Below, piece by piece: positions 19,215 to 29,123 of a stretch of DNA of 64,000 bases (the stretch's first letter is position 1; the number at the start of each line of letters is the position of its first letter). Below the pieces are notes generated by a model. It was not told the origin of the DNA, did no database searches, and saw nothing but the letters and a program-made list of their open reading frames with translations. The stretch spans positions 195,007 to 259,006 of the forward strand of contig CALKEZ010000006.1 in NCBI GenBank assembly GCA_938084745.1. Direction: 5' to 3'. The translations under genes were made by a program, and so were the position numbers. The stretch is from an uncultured Gammaproteobacteria bacterium (GTDB taxonomy: Bacteria; Pseudomonadota; Gammaproteobacteria; Eutrophobiales; Eutrophobiaceae).

Positions 19215-20648
19215 ATGACGTTCCTCTACCATGGGTTAAGCCCCCTCCTGATCCGAATTTGCTTGATAAGTCTATTGGCGAGCCTTGGTGCTTGTTCAGA
19301 TGGGCTGTCGCAACTGGAACGTATACAGTCACGCGGCATATTGCGGATTGCGATAATACCCACGCCGCCTTTGTTCTTCCCCGATGAATCGCTTATTAAA
19401 GGTTATGATTACGAGATCATCTCCAGCTATGCCAGATCCATCGGTACCGAGCTGGAAATCTTCCGCGCGGAAAATATCAGTGACATCGTTACCCTGTTGA
19501 AACAGGGCAAGGCTCATATCGGTATTGCCGGTAATTCCCCTACTTACCCTGATGACGATATTATTGGCAGCACAGCCTATGACGAAGATAAATGGCATGT
19601 CATAGGTAATCGCGCGAATAAATTACCGAGGTCGCTCGACGAAATAACACCGAGCACCATTATCGTTGCCAAAGGCAGTAAACCGGCATTAGTCATCGCA
19701 AATTTAAAAGCGGCAAATCCATCTCTTTTTTGGCTGGAATTACCCAACGGCAATACCCGACAAGTACTGGAGCAGGTGAATTTAAATAATTTCAAGCTCA
19801 GTATCATCAATGCCGAAGTCTATAAATATTACCGATACCTCTACCCTGAAATTAAAGTCGCTTTCACACTGGAAAAAAAATATCCTTCTCGTTGGCTAAC
19901 TTATAAAAGCGAAGACGTCTCTATTTTAAGTTCGGTTAATCGATTTATTAACCAATATAAGCAAAGCGGTAAACTGGAAAAGCGCTTTAACACCTACTTC
20001 AGGCATCTGAACGTTTTTAACTACACGGATAGTGTTTATTATTTAAAACAAATCAAGAAGAAACTTCCCCGTTATAGCGCCTATTTTAAAAATGCGGCAA
20101 AGGATAATGAATTCGATGAACGATTCCTGGCAGCTATCAGTTACCAGGAATCCCATTGGAATGAAAAAGCCCGTTCGCATACTGGTGTTCGCGGTTTAAT
20201 GATGCTCACCAATGACACAGCCAAACGGGTTGGCGTCAAGAATCGTCTGGATCCTGAACAAAGTATCATGGGCGGTGCAAGGTATCTGAATATATTAAAA
20301 GCCTCGTTACCCGAAAGAATCCTTGAGCCGGATCGTTCATGGATGACACTGGCAGCCTATAATATCGGTTTAGGTCATTTGGAAGATGCCCGCATCCTGA
20401 CTCAAAAAAACGGAGATGATCCTAACCTGTGGATTGATGTTGAAAAACATTTACCTAAACTGAGTCAAAAGGCATGGTATAAAAAAACAAAATACGGATA
20501 TGCTCGAGGTCATGAACCTGTTGCATTTGTCAGAAGAATAAGACGTTACTACGATATATTACGTTTATATCAGCAGGAAGAAATACTGGAAAAATTTGAT
20601 CAACCACTTGAACTGGAAAAATTAAAATTCATCTCACCTGCGTTATAA
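19215..20648 (+). CDS. mltF: Membrane-bound lytic murein transglycosylase F
   Basis: 477-aa ORF with a lipobox (LLASLGAC), an N-terminal solute-binding-like domain and a C-terminal SLT domain with catalytic-Glu context (ISYQESHWN). Confidence 0.9.
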   Translation: MTFLYHGLSPLLIRICLISLLASLGACSDGLSQLERIQSRGILRIAIIPTPPLFFPDESLIKGYDYEIISSYARSIGTELEIFRAENISDIVTLLKQGKAHIGIAGNSPTYPDDDIIGSTAYDEDKWHVIGNRANKLPRSLDEITPSTIIVAKGSKPALVIANLKAANPSLFWLELPNGNTRQVLEQVNLNNFKLSIINAEVYKYYRYLYPEIKVAFTLEKKYPSRWLTYKSEDVSILSSVNRFINQYKQSGKLEKRFNTYFRHLNVFNYTDSVYYLKQIKKKLPRYSAYFKNAAKDNEFDERFLAAISYQESHWNEKARSHTGVRGLMMLTNDTAKRVGVKNRLDPEQSIMGGARYLNILKASLPERILEPDRSWMTLAAYNIGLGHLEDARILTQKNGDDPNLWIDVEKHLPKLSQKAWYKKTKYGYARGHEPVAFVRRIRRYYDILRLYQQEEILEKFDQPLELEKLKFISPAL

Positions 20649-20654
20649 GCCGTG

Positions 20655-21908
20655 TTATACAATCGTGCTATTTTCATTACCGTAGCTCTGTCTAAACTGA
20701 CTAACCAATACCTCTGCTTCCGAGACTTGCCCTTCCGATAATTTATCACGCACACATTTTAATGCATTAACCATTTGTGGATCAGTGCCATCATTCGCCA
20801 GATATAACCAGGCATAGGCGCGGATATAGTCTTGCTCAACGCCGATGCCCTTTGCATAACGCACGCCGAGCATATGCTGCGCTTTTTGAAAGCCTTGTCG
20901 TGCCGCTTTTTCAAACCACATACACGCTGTTGTTTCATTTTTATAGACGCCTGTTCCGTTCATATAAAGATGACCCAGCCGATATTGCGCCTTTACATAA
21001 CCTGCTTCAGCAGCCTTGATATAATGTTTTACGGCCTCTACTTCATTAACCGGAACACCTAGACCATTTGCATGTAATTTACCTAACTGATAGTTCGCTT
21101 TAGCATAAGATTGTTTTGCTGCTAACTGGAAACATTTTTCAGCTGCTTTAAAATCCTGAGGCACACCCAGACCATTAATATAGCAAAGCCCCATATTAAA
21201 TTGCGCCCGTGCATAACCTTGCTCGGCAGCGAGTCGATGCCATTTAAACGCCTCTTGATCATCTTGAGGTACGCCTATGCCGCCAGCATACATCAAGGCT
21301 AAATTGTATTGCGCCTTGGCATAACCTTGATTTGCAGCTTCGAGATACCAACGTACTGCTGCTGCTTCATCTTTTTCCGTACCCTGACCTTGGGCCAACA
21401 TTAAGCCGGCATTAAGCTGTGCTTTCATGTGCCCTTGTTTTGCAGCGCGTAAATACCAGCTCACAGCTTCACGATAATTTTTTTGAGTGCCTATGCCTTT
21501 TGAATACATATAAGCGAGGTTGTAGCGTGCGCCAGCATGACCTTGTTCCGCAGATTTAAAATACCAGTCAAAGGCCTGCTTATAATCCTTTTCTACACCG
21601 AGACCATTTTGATAACACCAGGCAAGATTCGCTTGTGCGCTGACGTTATTCGCCTCTGCAGATTGTTTTAATAATGAGGTTGCTTTCGTGTGATCTTCAG
21701 GGACACCTATTCCACGTAGATACATTTCACCAAGACGCGATTGTGCCCTGCTTGAATTTTGTTCAGCTGCTTGACGATACCAATATGCGGCTTGCCCCAG
21801 ATCCATTGGAACACCCAAACCGTTCTCATATAGATCGGCTAATTGCAACTGGGCATCAACATCACCGGCCTGAGCATCATTGTTTAGTCTTATTAACTGC
21901 TCTTTCAT
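20655..21908 (-). CDS. Sel1-repeat (SLR/TPR-like) protein, no signal peptide
   Basis: 417-aa ORF made almost entirely of ~36-aa repeats (A.YNLA.MY..G.GV.QD...A..WY.KAAEQG). Confidence 0.85.
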   Translation of the reverse strand: MKEQLIRLNNDAQAGDVDAQLQLADLYENGLGVPMDLGQAAYWYRQAAEQNSSRAQSRLGEMYLRGIGVPEDHTKATSLLKQSAEANNVSAQANLAWCYQNGLGVEKDYKQAFDWYFKSAEQGHAGARYNLAYMYSKGIGTQKNYREAVSWYLRAAKQGHMKAQLNAGLMLAQGQGTEKDEAAAVRWYLEAANQGYAKAQYNLALMYAGGIGVPQDDQEAFKWHRLAAEQGYARAQFNMGLCYINGLGVPQDFKAAEKCFQLAAKQSYAKANYQLGKLHANGLGVPVNEVEAVKHYIKAAEAGYVKAQYRLGHLYMNGTGVYKNETTACMWFEKAARQGFQKAQHMLGVRYAKGIGVEQDYIRAYAWLYLANDGTDPQMVNALKCVRDKLSEGQVSEAEVLVSQFRQSYGNENSTIV

Positions 21909-21989
21909 ACAACCATAACGTTCCTTAAACGAAACTCCTTTTAAAAAGCTTAGTCTCTAACAAGCTGACTTGTATAGTAAATAATAGTT

Positions 21990-22065
21990 AACCTGTCTAA
22001 TAGATTCCACAACCTGAACCTGTATTGTAAATACAGGCACAAACCTGTGCCTCCATTACAACCTG
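21990..22065. repeat. Cluster of five AACCTG hexamers with two overlapping hairpins in a divergent promoter region
   Basis: AACCTG occurs at 21990, 22011, 22017, 22042 and 22060. One inverted repeat is CCTGTAT (22019-22025) / ATACAGG (22031-22037). A second is AGGCAC (22035-22040) / GTGCCT (22047-22052), and it shares 3 nt with the first. Confidence 0.5.
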
Positions 22066-22347
22066 CCTTAAAGGGTGAGGTCTTAACTCTCGGTTCAGTA
22101 GAATTAAGAATTATTATTAACAATTTTCAAAAAGTAGCGCAAATTAATCCAGATATAACGATGCTTGATCTGATCTGGTTTTAGTGCGTATTGATAAAAG
22201 AGAAACCACAGCGTTTAAAGCGTATTGAGAGACAAACATCTTTAAAACCCGTTCAGATGCTATGTAAAATCCTGTTTTCTATAGTAAATCACCATTATTA
22301 AGTATCAAATTCATACCTGCTGTATCACATCTGATAGACTCTAAAAC

Positions 22348-23346
22348 ATGACAAAAGAAACTACTGAACACAGCTACAGCCTGCTTGATCCGGACATGAT
22401 CATCAATGCAATTGAGTCTTTAGGCTATATTTCCGATGGCCGGATACTTGCCCTCAATAGTTATGAAAACCGGGTTTATCAAGTCGGTCTGGAGGATGAA
22501 AAACCGATTATCGTAAAATTTTATCGTTTCGGTCGCTGGACAGACGAGATGATCAAGGAAGAACATACTTTTACACTGGAACTGGCAGAAGCAGAGATTC
22601 CGGTCGTACCACCGTTGTTAATCAACAATAAAAGCCTGTTTACATATAGTGACTATCGTTTTGCAATCTATCCCCGTTTTGGTGGCTATGCGCCAGAACT
22701 GGATAACCCGGATCACCTGTTGCAACTCGGCAGAATACTGGCCCAGATACACAATATTGGTGAAACCAGTACTTTTAAAAAACGACCGAGTATCAATGTT
22801 GAAGATTACGTAATAAAACCGGTACGCTTTTTGTTGGAAAATAATTTTATTCCTGATTACCTGAAAGATGCCTACACAACACTTAATGATGATCTTATTA
22901 TTAGAATACAGCACTGCTTTGATAAGGCCGGGGATTATAAAAGCCTAAGGCTACATGGTGATTGTCATCAGGGTAATATTTTAACTCGCGATGATAATTT
23001 CCATATCGTCGACTTTGATGATTCTCGATCAGGTCCAGCGGTACAGGATATCTGGATGTTTCTCTCCGGTGATCGAAATTACATGACGGCAAGACTGAAC
23101 GATTTTATGGAAGGTTATAACGAGTTCCGTGACTTTGACCCGCGTGAACTACATTTAATTGAGGCACTGAGGACGTTACGGCTAATACATTATTCAGGCT
23201 GGCTGGCGGCACGTTGGGATGATCCTGCTTTTCCAATTTCATTTCCTTTTTTCAACGAACAACGTTATTGGGAAGAGCAGATATTAATCTTGCGTGAACA
23301 GGCTTCATTAATGGAGGAGCCTTCCATTGAATGGAAACGATACTAA
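22348..23346 (+). CDS. srkA: Stress-response Ser/Thr kinase SrkA (YihE/RdoA family)
   Basis: 332-aa ORF with an APH/kinase-like catalytic loop (LHGDCHQGNIL, VDFDD) and a YihE-like N-terminus (NSYENRVYQVGLEDEKPIIVKFYR). Confidence 0.85.
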   Translation: MTKETTEHSYSLLDPDMIINAIESLGYISDGRILALNSYENRVYQVGLEDEKPIIVKFYRFGRWTDEMIKEEHTFTLELAEAEIPVVPPLLINNKSLFTYSDYRFAIYPRFGGYAPELDNPDHLLQLGRILAQIHNIGETSTFKKRPSINVEDYVIKPVRFLLENNFIPDYLKDAYTTLNDDLIIRIQHCFDKAGDYKSLRLHGDCHQGNILTRDDNFHIVDFDDSRSGPAVQDIWMFLSGDRNYMTARLNDFMEGYNEFRDFDPRELHLIEALRTLRLIHYSGWLAARWDDPAFPISFPFFNEQRYWEEQILILREQASLMEEPSIEWKRY

Positions 23347-23469
23347 TTAATTAGGGATACCACGATTAATATAAAAACACCTGACACTAAAATAGCAGCA
23401 AACGAGGATGCTGTAAAAGAATATAACTGGCAATACATCTTCGATGTCGCAAAGCGACATAAACACCAA

Positions 23470-25194
23470 TTGATCCTGGCCAATATCATTGCTGTTATCG
23501 CGACATTGGCCAGCGTTCCCGTTCCTTTGTTAATGCCATTACTGGTAGATGAAGTACTGCTGAATAAACCGGGGATTGTTGTTAACTTCATCAATAGTAT
23601 CACCCCCGCATTATGGCACAGCCCTGTGCTATACATTGTTTTTATTCTTATGCTGACGTTGTTATTACGCCTGATCGCATTAGTACTCAATGTATTTCAA
23701 ACGCGTCAATTTACGATTATTGCCAAGGATGTGATTTTCCTTATTCGTAAAACGCTATTATCGCGGCTTAACAGCGTGTCGATGTCAGAATATGAAACGC
23801 TGGGTAGCGGAACAGTAGCGTCATATTTTGTAACAGATCTGGCGACGGTGGATGACTTTGTTGGATCGACCGTCAGTAAACTATTAGTGGCTGTTCTGAC
23901 GATTATTGGCGTTGCCATAATATTACTCATCATGCATTGGCAAATGGCCCTGCTTATTTTATTTGCCAATCCCATTGTGATTTATTTCACCACGGTACTC
24001 GGAAAAAAGGTAAAAGAGCTTAAGAAAAACGAGAACTCCGCCTTTGCGATCTTTCAACAATCCTTGATCGAAACGCTTGATTCCATTCATCAGATACGCG
24101 CCAGCAATCGAGAAAAACACTATCTGAAACGCATTATAGAGCAGGCCAGTGCGGTGAAAGATCATGGTATTGCATTCGCCTGGAAAAGCGATGCCGCTAA
24201 CCGCCTGAGTTTTGTCGTGTTTCTGTTTGGCTTTGATATCTTTCGCGCAGTAGCGATGATGATGGTGGTGTTCTCCGGCCTGACGATAGGCCAGATGTTT
24301 GCGGTGTTTGGTTACCTCTGGTTCATGATGGGACCGGTTCAGGAAATACTGAATATTCAATATGCGTGTTACAGCGCGAAGGCTGCCTTGACGCGTATCA
24401 ATGTTTTGCTGAAGCTCGAGCAAGAACCCAGCTATCCGCATATTTTTAATCCGTTTGAAAATAAAAACACCGTTGGCATTACTATTTCTGATCTTCACTT
24501 TGCCTATGGCGATGGCCCGGATGTGTTGAATGGGATTAATCTTGATATTAAGCCAGGCGAGAAAATTGCGTTGGTTGGCGCAAGTGGCGGTGGCAAGTCT
24601 ACTCTCGTGCAGGTTTTAATCGGACTATACCCGCCCAAAAGTGGCACTATTTTCTATGATGAAACGCCTGTAACACAAATTGGCATGGATGTAGTACGAG
24701 AACATGTTGCTACTGTCTTACAAAACCCGGCGCTGTTTAACGACACCGTCAGAATCAATTTAACACTAGGCCGAGAGTTGGAAGATGCGCAATTGTGGCA
24801 TGCCCTTGAGATTGCACAATTGAAGGAAACCGTTGAGAAACTGCCGAATAAACTGGACACCATCGTCGGACGCCAGGGCGTTCGCTTATCAGGTGGGCAG
24901 CGACAACGACTGGCTATTGCCCGCATGGTCTTGAGTGAACCAAACGTCGTCATCCTTGATGAAGCTACGTCGGCTCTGGATGCGGAAACAGAATATCATT
25001 TGCATACTGCCCTTGCGGATTTTCTAAAGGACAAAACAACGATTATCGTTGCGCATAGACTCAGCGCCATTAAACAGGCTAACCATGTCTATGTTTTTGA
25101 GGCGGGGACTATTGGTGAACAAGGCACACATAAAGAACTACTCTCTCAGGATGGGCTGTATGCCAAGCTATATGGGGTGAGACAGTCCCACTAA
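23470..25194 (+). CDS. ABC exporter, fused permease/ATPase (MsbA-like type)
   Basis: It has six-TM N-terminal hydrophobic segments, Walker A (GASGGGKST), ABC signature (LSGGQRQR) and Walker B (VILDEATSALD). TTG at 23470 is the first canonical start, but the frame is open and protein-like back to 23347. Confidence 0.85.
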   Translation: MILANIIAVIATLASVPVPLLMPLLVDEVLLNKPGIVVNFINSITPALWHSPVLYIVFILMLTLLLRLIALVLNVFQTRQFTIIAKDVIFLIRKTLLSRLNSVSMSEYETLGSGTVASYFVTDLATVDDFVGSTVSKLLVAVLTIIGVAIILLIMHWQMALLILFANPIVIYFTTVLGKKVKELKKNENSAFAIFQQSLIETLDSIHQIRASNREKHYLKRIIEQASAVKDHGIAFAWKSDAANRLSFVVFLFGFDIFRAVAMMMVVFSGLTIGQMFAVFGYLWFMMGPVQEILNIQYACYSAKAALTRINVLLKLEQEPSYPHIFNPFENKNTVGITISDLHFAYGDGPDVLNGINLDIKPGEKIALVGASGGGKSTLVQVLIGLYPPKSGTIFYDETPVTQIGMDVVREHVATVLQNPALFNDTVRINLTLGRELEDAQLWHALEIAQLKETVEKLPNKLDTIVGRQGVRLSGGQRQRLAIARMVLSEPNVVILDEATSALDAETEYHLHTALADFLKDKTTIIVAHRLSAIKQANHVYVFEAGTIGEQGTHKELLSQDGLYAKLYGVRQSH

Positions 25195-25237
25195 TGAGGC
25201 CCAGGCAACTATCGCTAGATGCGATCATGTTATAGCG

Positions 25238-27214
25238 TTAAAAAGCCAGCTGAAACCCGACCATAAGTGATCTTCCCATGATAGGTGCGCGATCTTTTAT
25301 AAATGACGTATGTAAACGTCCGTCTTCATTTAGCAAGTTAGTTGCCTTAGCAAAAACATTCAAACTTTGTTCACCCGCCAAGATATCATAATTTGCATTT
25401 AGCCCCAGTACCGAATAACCACCTGTATCTGTTTCAAGTGCAGCATTATCTTTTTGAGCAAGGATATTTGTAAAATCGATCCCGACATTAAATTCTTTAA
25501 AAGTATAATCAAGACTTGTGCCGAACCTTGCCGGTGATATTCGCGGTAAATTATCACCGTTTTCTCGCTCAGCCCTTACATAATCGCTAAACAAGTTCAT
25601 ATCTAATTGCCCATTGTTTCCTGAATACAGGTTGATGCCTATCTCAGCTTCAAAACCGTAAAAGATGACATTGTCCTGCTGAAATTGAACCAGCAAGAAA
25701 TCTCCAGCTGCGATTCCTGAGTCATCAACTTTATCTACAACACTATCATTATTTCTATCCAATCCTTTTAAGAAAATGAAATCTTCTACATAGTTTACGA
25801 ACAGATTCAAATTCAATTGCCCTGATCGATATTGATGCCGAAATGACAAGTCCATGCTATTTGCGGTTTCAACATCCAGTCCCACCTGTCCGAGTTCAAA
25901 TGTTGCTGTTGCAACATGAGGGCCACTGGCAAATAGTTCTTCGGCTGCCGGCGCACGTTGGCTACGGCCAATAGTTAAACCTAATGATGTATCTTCCAGA
26001 AAATCCCAATGGATACCTGAAGACACACTATACATGGTGTTAACAACCTTTGAGGCATTGCCGGGTTTATCTTCCTGGTGTTCAAAACGCGCACCAATCT
26101 CCAGCTGTAGTGAATCCGAAATATCTACGTTTTCCAGAATAAATACAGCTGCTGTTTTTGTCTTGGTTTTTGGAAGAAAAGCTTCATCACCAACAGCACT
26201 GATATTCCGATAACCTAACTGTGTACCAATAACACCACTAAACATTCCCATTGGTTCATGTTGAATTTCGATGCGGCTATCCATCTGGTCATTACTAAAT
26301 ACCGTTCCTGGTAGTCCTGCAGTTTCAAATTCAGTATGAGCGTAATTGTTATGACCGACTTGTAGAGTGACGGCCTTTATACCCGCAAAGGGATTATTGA
26401 TTTGTCCGGACAGATCAATGCGATCTTGCTGAGCATCAATAAATGGAAGTTCTGCAGGATCTGCCGGGTTTAAAGGCACACCATGTGTCGAGTCGAAGCG
26501 TCCATAGGCAACGCCCAGAAACCCCCAACTATCAACATACGACGTACCAATATTAAAATTTTGTGTGTCATAAAAACTATTGTCAATTTGACCTTTCTTG
26601 GTAGCATAGTTTTTCGCGTCACGCTTCGTAGCATCAAGGTGAAAAGCTATTTTTTTATATCCTCCTTCAGTCTGAATTGAGAATAACTTTTCAAGTGAAT
26701 TAACGTTAAAACTGGAATTAATCCTGTTCTCGAATTCCGGAACAAATTCGGGAATGCGGTTAGTGACAACATTAACCAGTCCTCCTGATGCTTGACTACC
26801 ATAGAGTAAAGTTGAAGGCCCCCTGAATATTTCTATTTGCTCTGCTTGAATGGGCTCTACTGTAACGGCATGATCGGCACTGATAGTAGATACATCGAGA
26901 GACCCGATGCCATTTTCCAGCATGAGCACTCTTGAGCCACCAAGCCCTCGAATTATTGGTCTACTCGCAAGTGGGCTAAAACGATTTGTCGTTACACCCG
27001 GAATGTCCGATAAAGTTTCCCCGATAGTTTGAGCTTGTCTTTTACGAAGTGCTTCATCACTCAGGATAGTCACCGGTTGTGCAATATGTTCAAGGCTCTG
27101 TAAGCCAATCGGCCTGGCTGTAACAGTAAAGTCATCAAGCGTTGTTGTTTCTTCAGAATAAATATTTTGTGTAAGACTACCCAGTAACATTATACCTGCG
27201 TAATGCAATTTCAT
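25238..27214 (-). CDS. TonB-dependent outer-membrane receptor
   Basis: 658-aa ORF with a signal peptide, a plug domain (DDFTVTA, IEIFRGPSTLLYGSQASGGLVNVVT), a beta-barrel repeat character and a terminal aromatic residue (GFQLAF). Confidence 0.9.
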   Translation of the reverse strand: MKLHYAGIMLLGSLTQNIYSEETTTLDDFTVTARPIGLQSLEHIAQPVTILSDEALRKRQAQTIGETLSDIPGVTTNRFSPLASRPIIRGLGGSRVLMLENGIGSLDVSTISADHAVTVEPIQAEQIEIFRGPSTLLYGSQASGGLVNVVTNRIPEFVPEFENRINSSFNVNSLEKLFSIQTEGGYKKIAFHLDATKRDAKNYATKKGQIDNSFYDTQNFNIGTSYVDSWGFLGVAYGRFDSTHGVPLNPADPAELPFIDAQQDRIDLSGQINNPFAGIKAVTLQVGHNNYAHTEFETAGLPGTVFSNDQMDSRIEIQHEPMGMFSGVIGTQLGYRNISAVGDEAFLPKTKTKTAAVFILENVDISDSLQLEIGARFEHQEDKPGNASKVVNTMYSVSSGIHWDFLEDTSLGLTIGRSQRAPAAEELFASGPHVATATFELGQVGLDVETANSMDLSFRHQYRSGQLNLNLFVNYVEDFIFLKGLDRNNDSVVDKVDDSGIAAGDFLLVQFQQDNVIFYGFEAEIGINLYSGNNGQLDMNLFSDYVRAERENGDNLPRISPARFGTSLDYTFKEFNVGIDFTNILAQKDNAALETDTGGYSVLGLNANYDILAGEQSLNVFAKATNLLNEDGRLHTSFIKDRAPIMGRSLMVGFQLAF

Positions 27215-27283
27215 TTCAAATCTCCCGTAATAACAAAATAATGGGCTCGAGTCTGAAGCCCATATAAAACCAGTTGGATGTTA

Positions 27284-27562
27284 TTAAGAGAAGGTCGGGG
27301 GGCTACGGATGCTACAAAGTGAGAGTGGCTTTAAATCATATATAATATGATTAGCGAAGGGTGTTTCGTAGTTACTGAGAACAAGTTTAATTAAAACTGG
27401 CGAATGAGTGATTGCATTACTGCTATCGTTTGCATGTACACATATCAGGCATTGTTTGTGATCATCAAGAACTAATTGATGCTCGATAGCATGCGCAAGT
27501 GTCACGCATTGCGACAACAATAAAAATAAAATCAGGGTCTTAATACTTACGTTTTTTCTCAT
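27284..27562 (-). CDS. Small secreted His/Cys-motif protein upstream of the TonB-dependent receptor (possibly DUF2946-like)
   Basis: The start is taken at the internal Met, which gives a signal peptide (MRKNVSIKTLILFLLLSQCVTLAHA). The mature part has HAIEH and CLICVH motifs. It lies 69 nt upstream of the receptor gene. The family call is tentative. Confidence 0.4.
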   Translation of the reverse strand: MRKNVSIKTLILFLLLSQCVTLAHAIEHQLVLDDHKQCLICVHANDSSNAITHSPVLIKLVLSNYETPFANHIIYDLKPLSLCSIRSPPTFS

Positions 27563-27752
27563 TTCTGTATTTTTAAAAAAGTACCAGCACAATCAATATT
27601 AACGAATGTCGATTTTATTGTCGATAGAGAAACATTAAGTAGACTAGTAAACCTGTTGATTATGTCCGGTAGCTACAAGTTAACACTACATTTTTTCCTG
27701 CCATCTAAGCTTCAAAAAAACAGCTGGTTTTTATTTACTGTCTTTTGGCGAA

Positions 27753-28616
27753 TTACACATCCGCATTAATCTTGATGTGCCAGGGTTCGTAACGCACACC
27801 CAATTTATTGTCCTCCGGGTAGCGTAACTTCAGGTAGCCTAGTTCAGAAAGTCGCTTATAGACTTCAGTCTCGGTAAAGGAACCGGTAAAATTTAATTTC
27901 CCGTATCCCGCCTGGCCAACATCAAAATCACCATTGCCGTGAAATGAGTAACCGGGCGGCGCGAGTGATCGTGAAGCCAGCGACAGATTACCCTTACTTT
28001 CATAGGTTTTATTCAGAAACAACAGAAACTGTTTCATCACGCTACGGATACCGGAAGTCAGAATAACCTTATCACCCAGCTCTTTTTTTATATTTTGATA
28101 TATCTCGATGGATCGCTCTTTGTATAGATAATTACCACTACGCGGAATTTTTATCACATCCTTCTTTTTAACCTGGTCAGTGATTTCTTTTAACGGTTTC
28201 TGTCCCATGAAGCCATAACGCTGGCCATCTTCATAAAAAACTAATTCCAGAAAATCGAGTTCAGCTTTTGTAAATTCACCCACTTTGGAATAATTGCGCG
28301 CAAGCGCCAGGCCATCAGGAAAATTCAGGATATTAAAATTGCCATGCCCAACCAGTCGTTGAAGGCGTCTCAGGCGCATGACGGTAGATTCAAATATGGT
28401 GTAGAGTTCATAGTCAATGATGACATCATCTTCGTGAGGCTCATTAAAATTATGTATCTTATGCAAATAATCTTTCAAGCGTTCATCTGTATTTTCATCT
28501 GTACAGACAAACGGCCCTTCAACCGTTTTTGCAAGTAGCTCCGGAGCAAGGCCAAGACCAAGACATCCCAGCCCCATTGTCTTTAATAGATACCGTCTCT
28601 TCATGTGTTTAACCAT
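27753..28616 (-). CDS. M15-family (VanY/D-Ala-D-Ala carboxypeptidase-like) peptidase with Tat-type signal
   Basis: 287-aa ORF with a twin-arginine leader (MKRRYLLKTMGLGCLGLGLA) and M15 motifs (SGIRS, SFHGNGDFDV, EPWHI). The start may be the Met 4 codons in. Confidence 0.8.
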   Translation of the reverse strand: MVKHMKRRYLLKTMGLGCLGLGLAPELLAKTVEGPFVCTDENTDERLKDYLHKIHNFNEPHEDDVIIDYELYTIFESTVMRLRRLQRLVGHGNFNILNFPDGLALARNYSKVGEFTKAELDFLELVFYEDGQRYGFMGQKPLKEITDQVKKKDVIKIPRSGNYLYKERSIEIYQNIKKELGDKVILTSGIRSVMKQFLLFLNKTYESKGNLSLASRSLAPPGYSFHGNGDFDVGQAGYGKLNFTGSFTETEVYKRLSELGYLKLRYPEDNKLGVRYEPWHIKINADV

Positions 28617-29123
28617 TAAGATTTATTGTTCTTATTAATCATCACCAGCATAACAGTTTTTTTCTTTATTTGAACGAAGAAAAACTGCCTTCCGTTAATC
28701 CCATGACTATTTTTTAAATCATTACCTACGTCATTGATTATTGACGTTTAAATGCGATGAACTGACTTATCAATACGACCAGATTCGGTTATTTGCCTAT
28801 GCGTATTGATGGGGCGACAGTTTCATCGCCACTTTGTTTTATCGCTTTTTTAAGCTCCTTATTTCAGCATAAAACAAGCTAAACTGACGTTCTATTAAAG
28901 AACTAATATTGGCCTCACTGGTGTGAGGAATGTGTGGCACTTTTAGACTTGTCGATGCATGACTGAATACATCCGGATTTGAGCTCAGATAAGCTGGAAC
29001 GCTTGCAACCGAAAGCGAAATCTCTTTATTCTTGTTAGTATAAGAGGGCATCAACTTAAATAGCATCAAGAAACAATATTCATATTATAGATCAATTTAT
29101 TTTTCATAATTCATTAAATTTTA

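Noticed and set aside
28839-29069. A 76-aa minus-strand ORF in the M15/apbE spacer.
   Set aside because: It has no RBS, no recognisable motif and an unremarkable composition. The region is better explained as regulatory or structured RNA.
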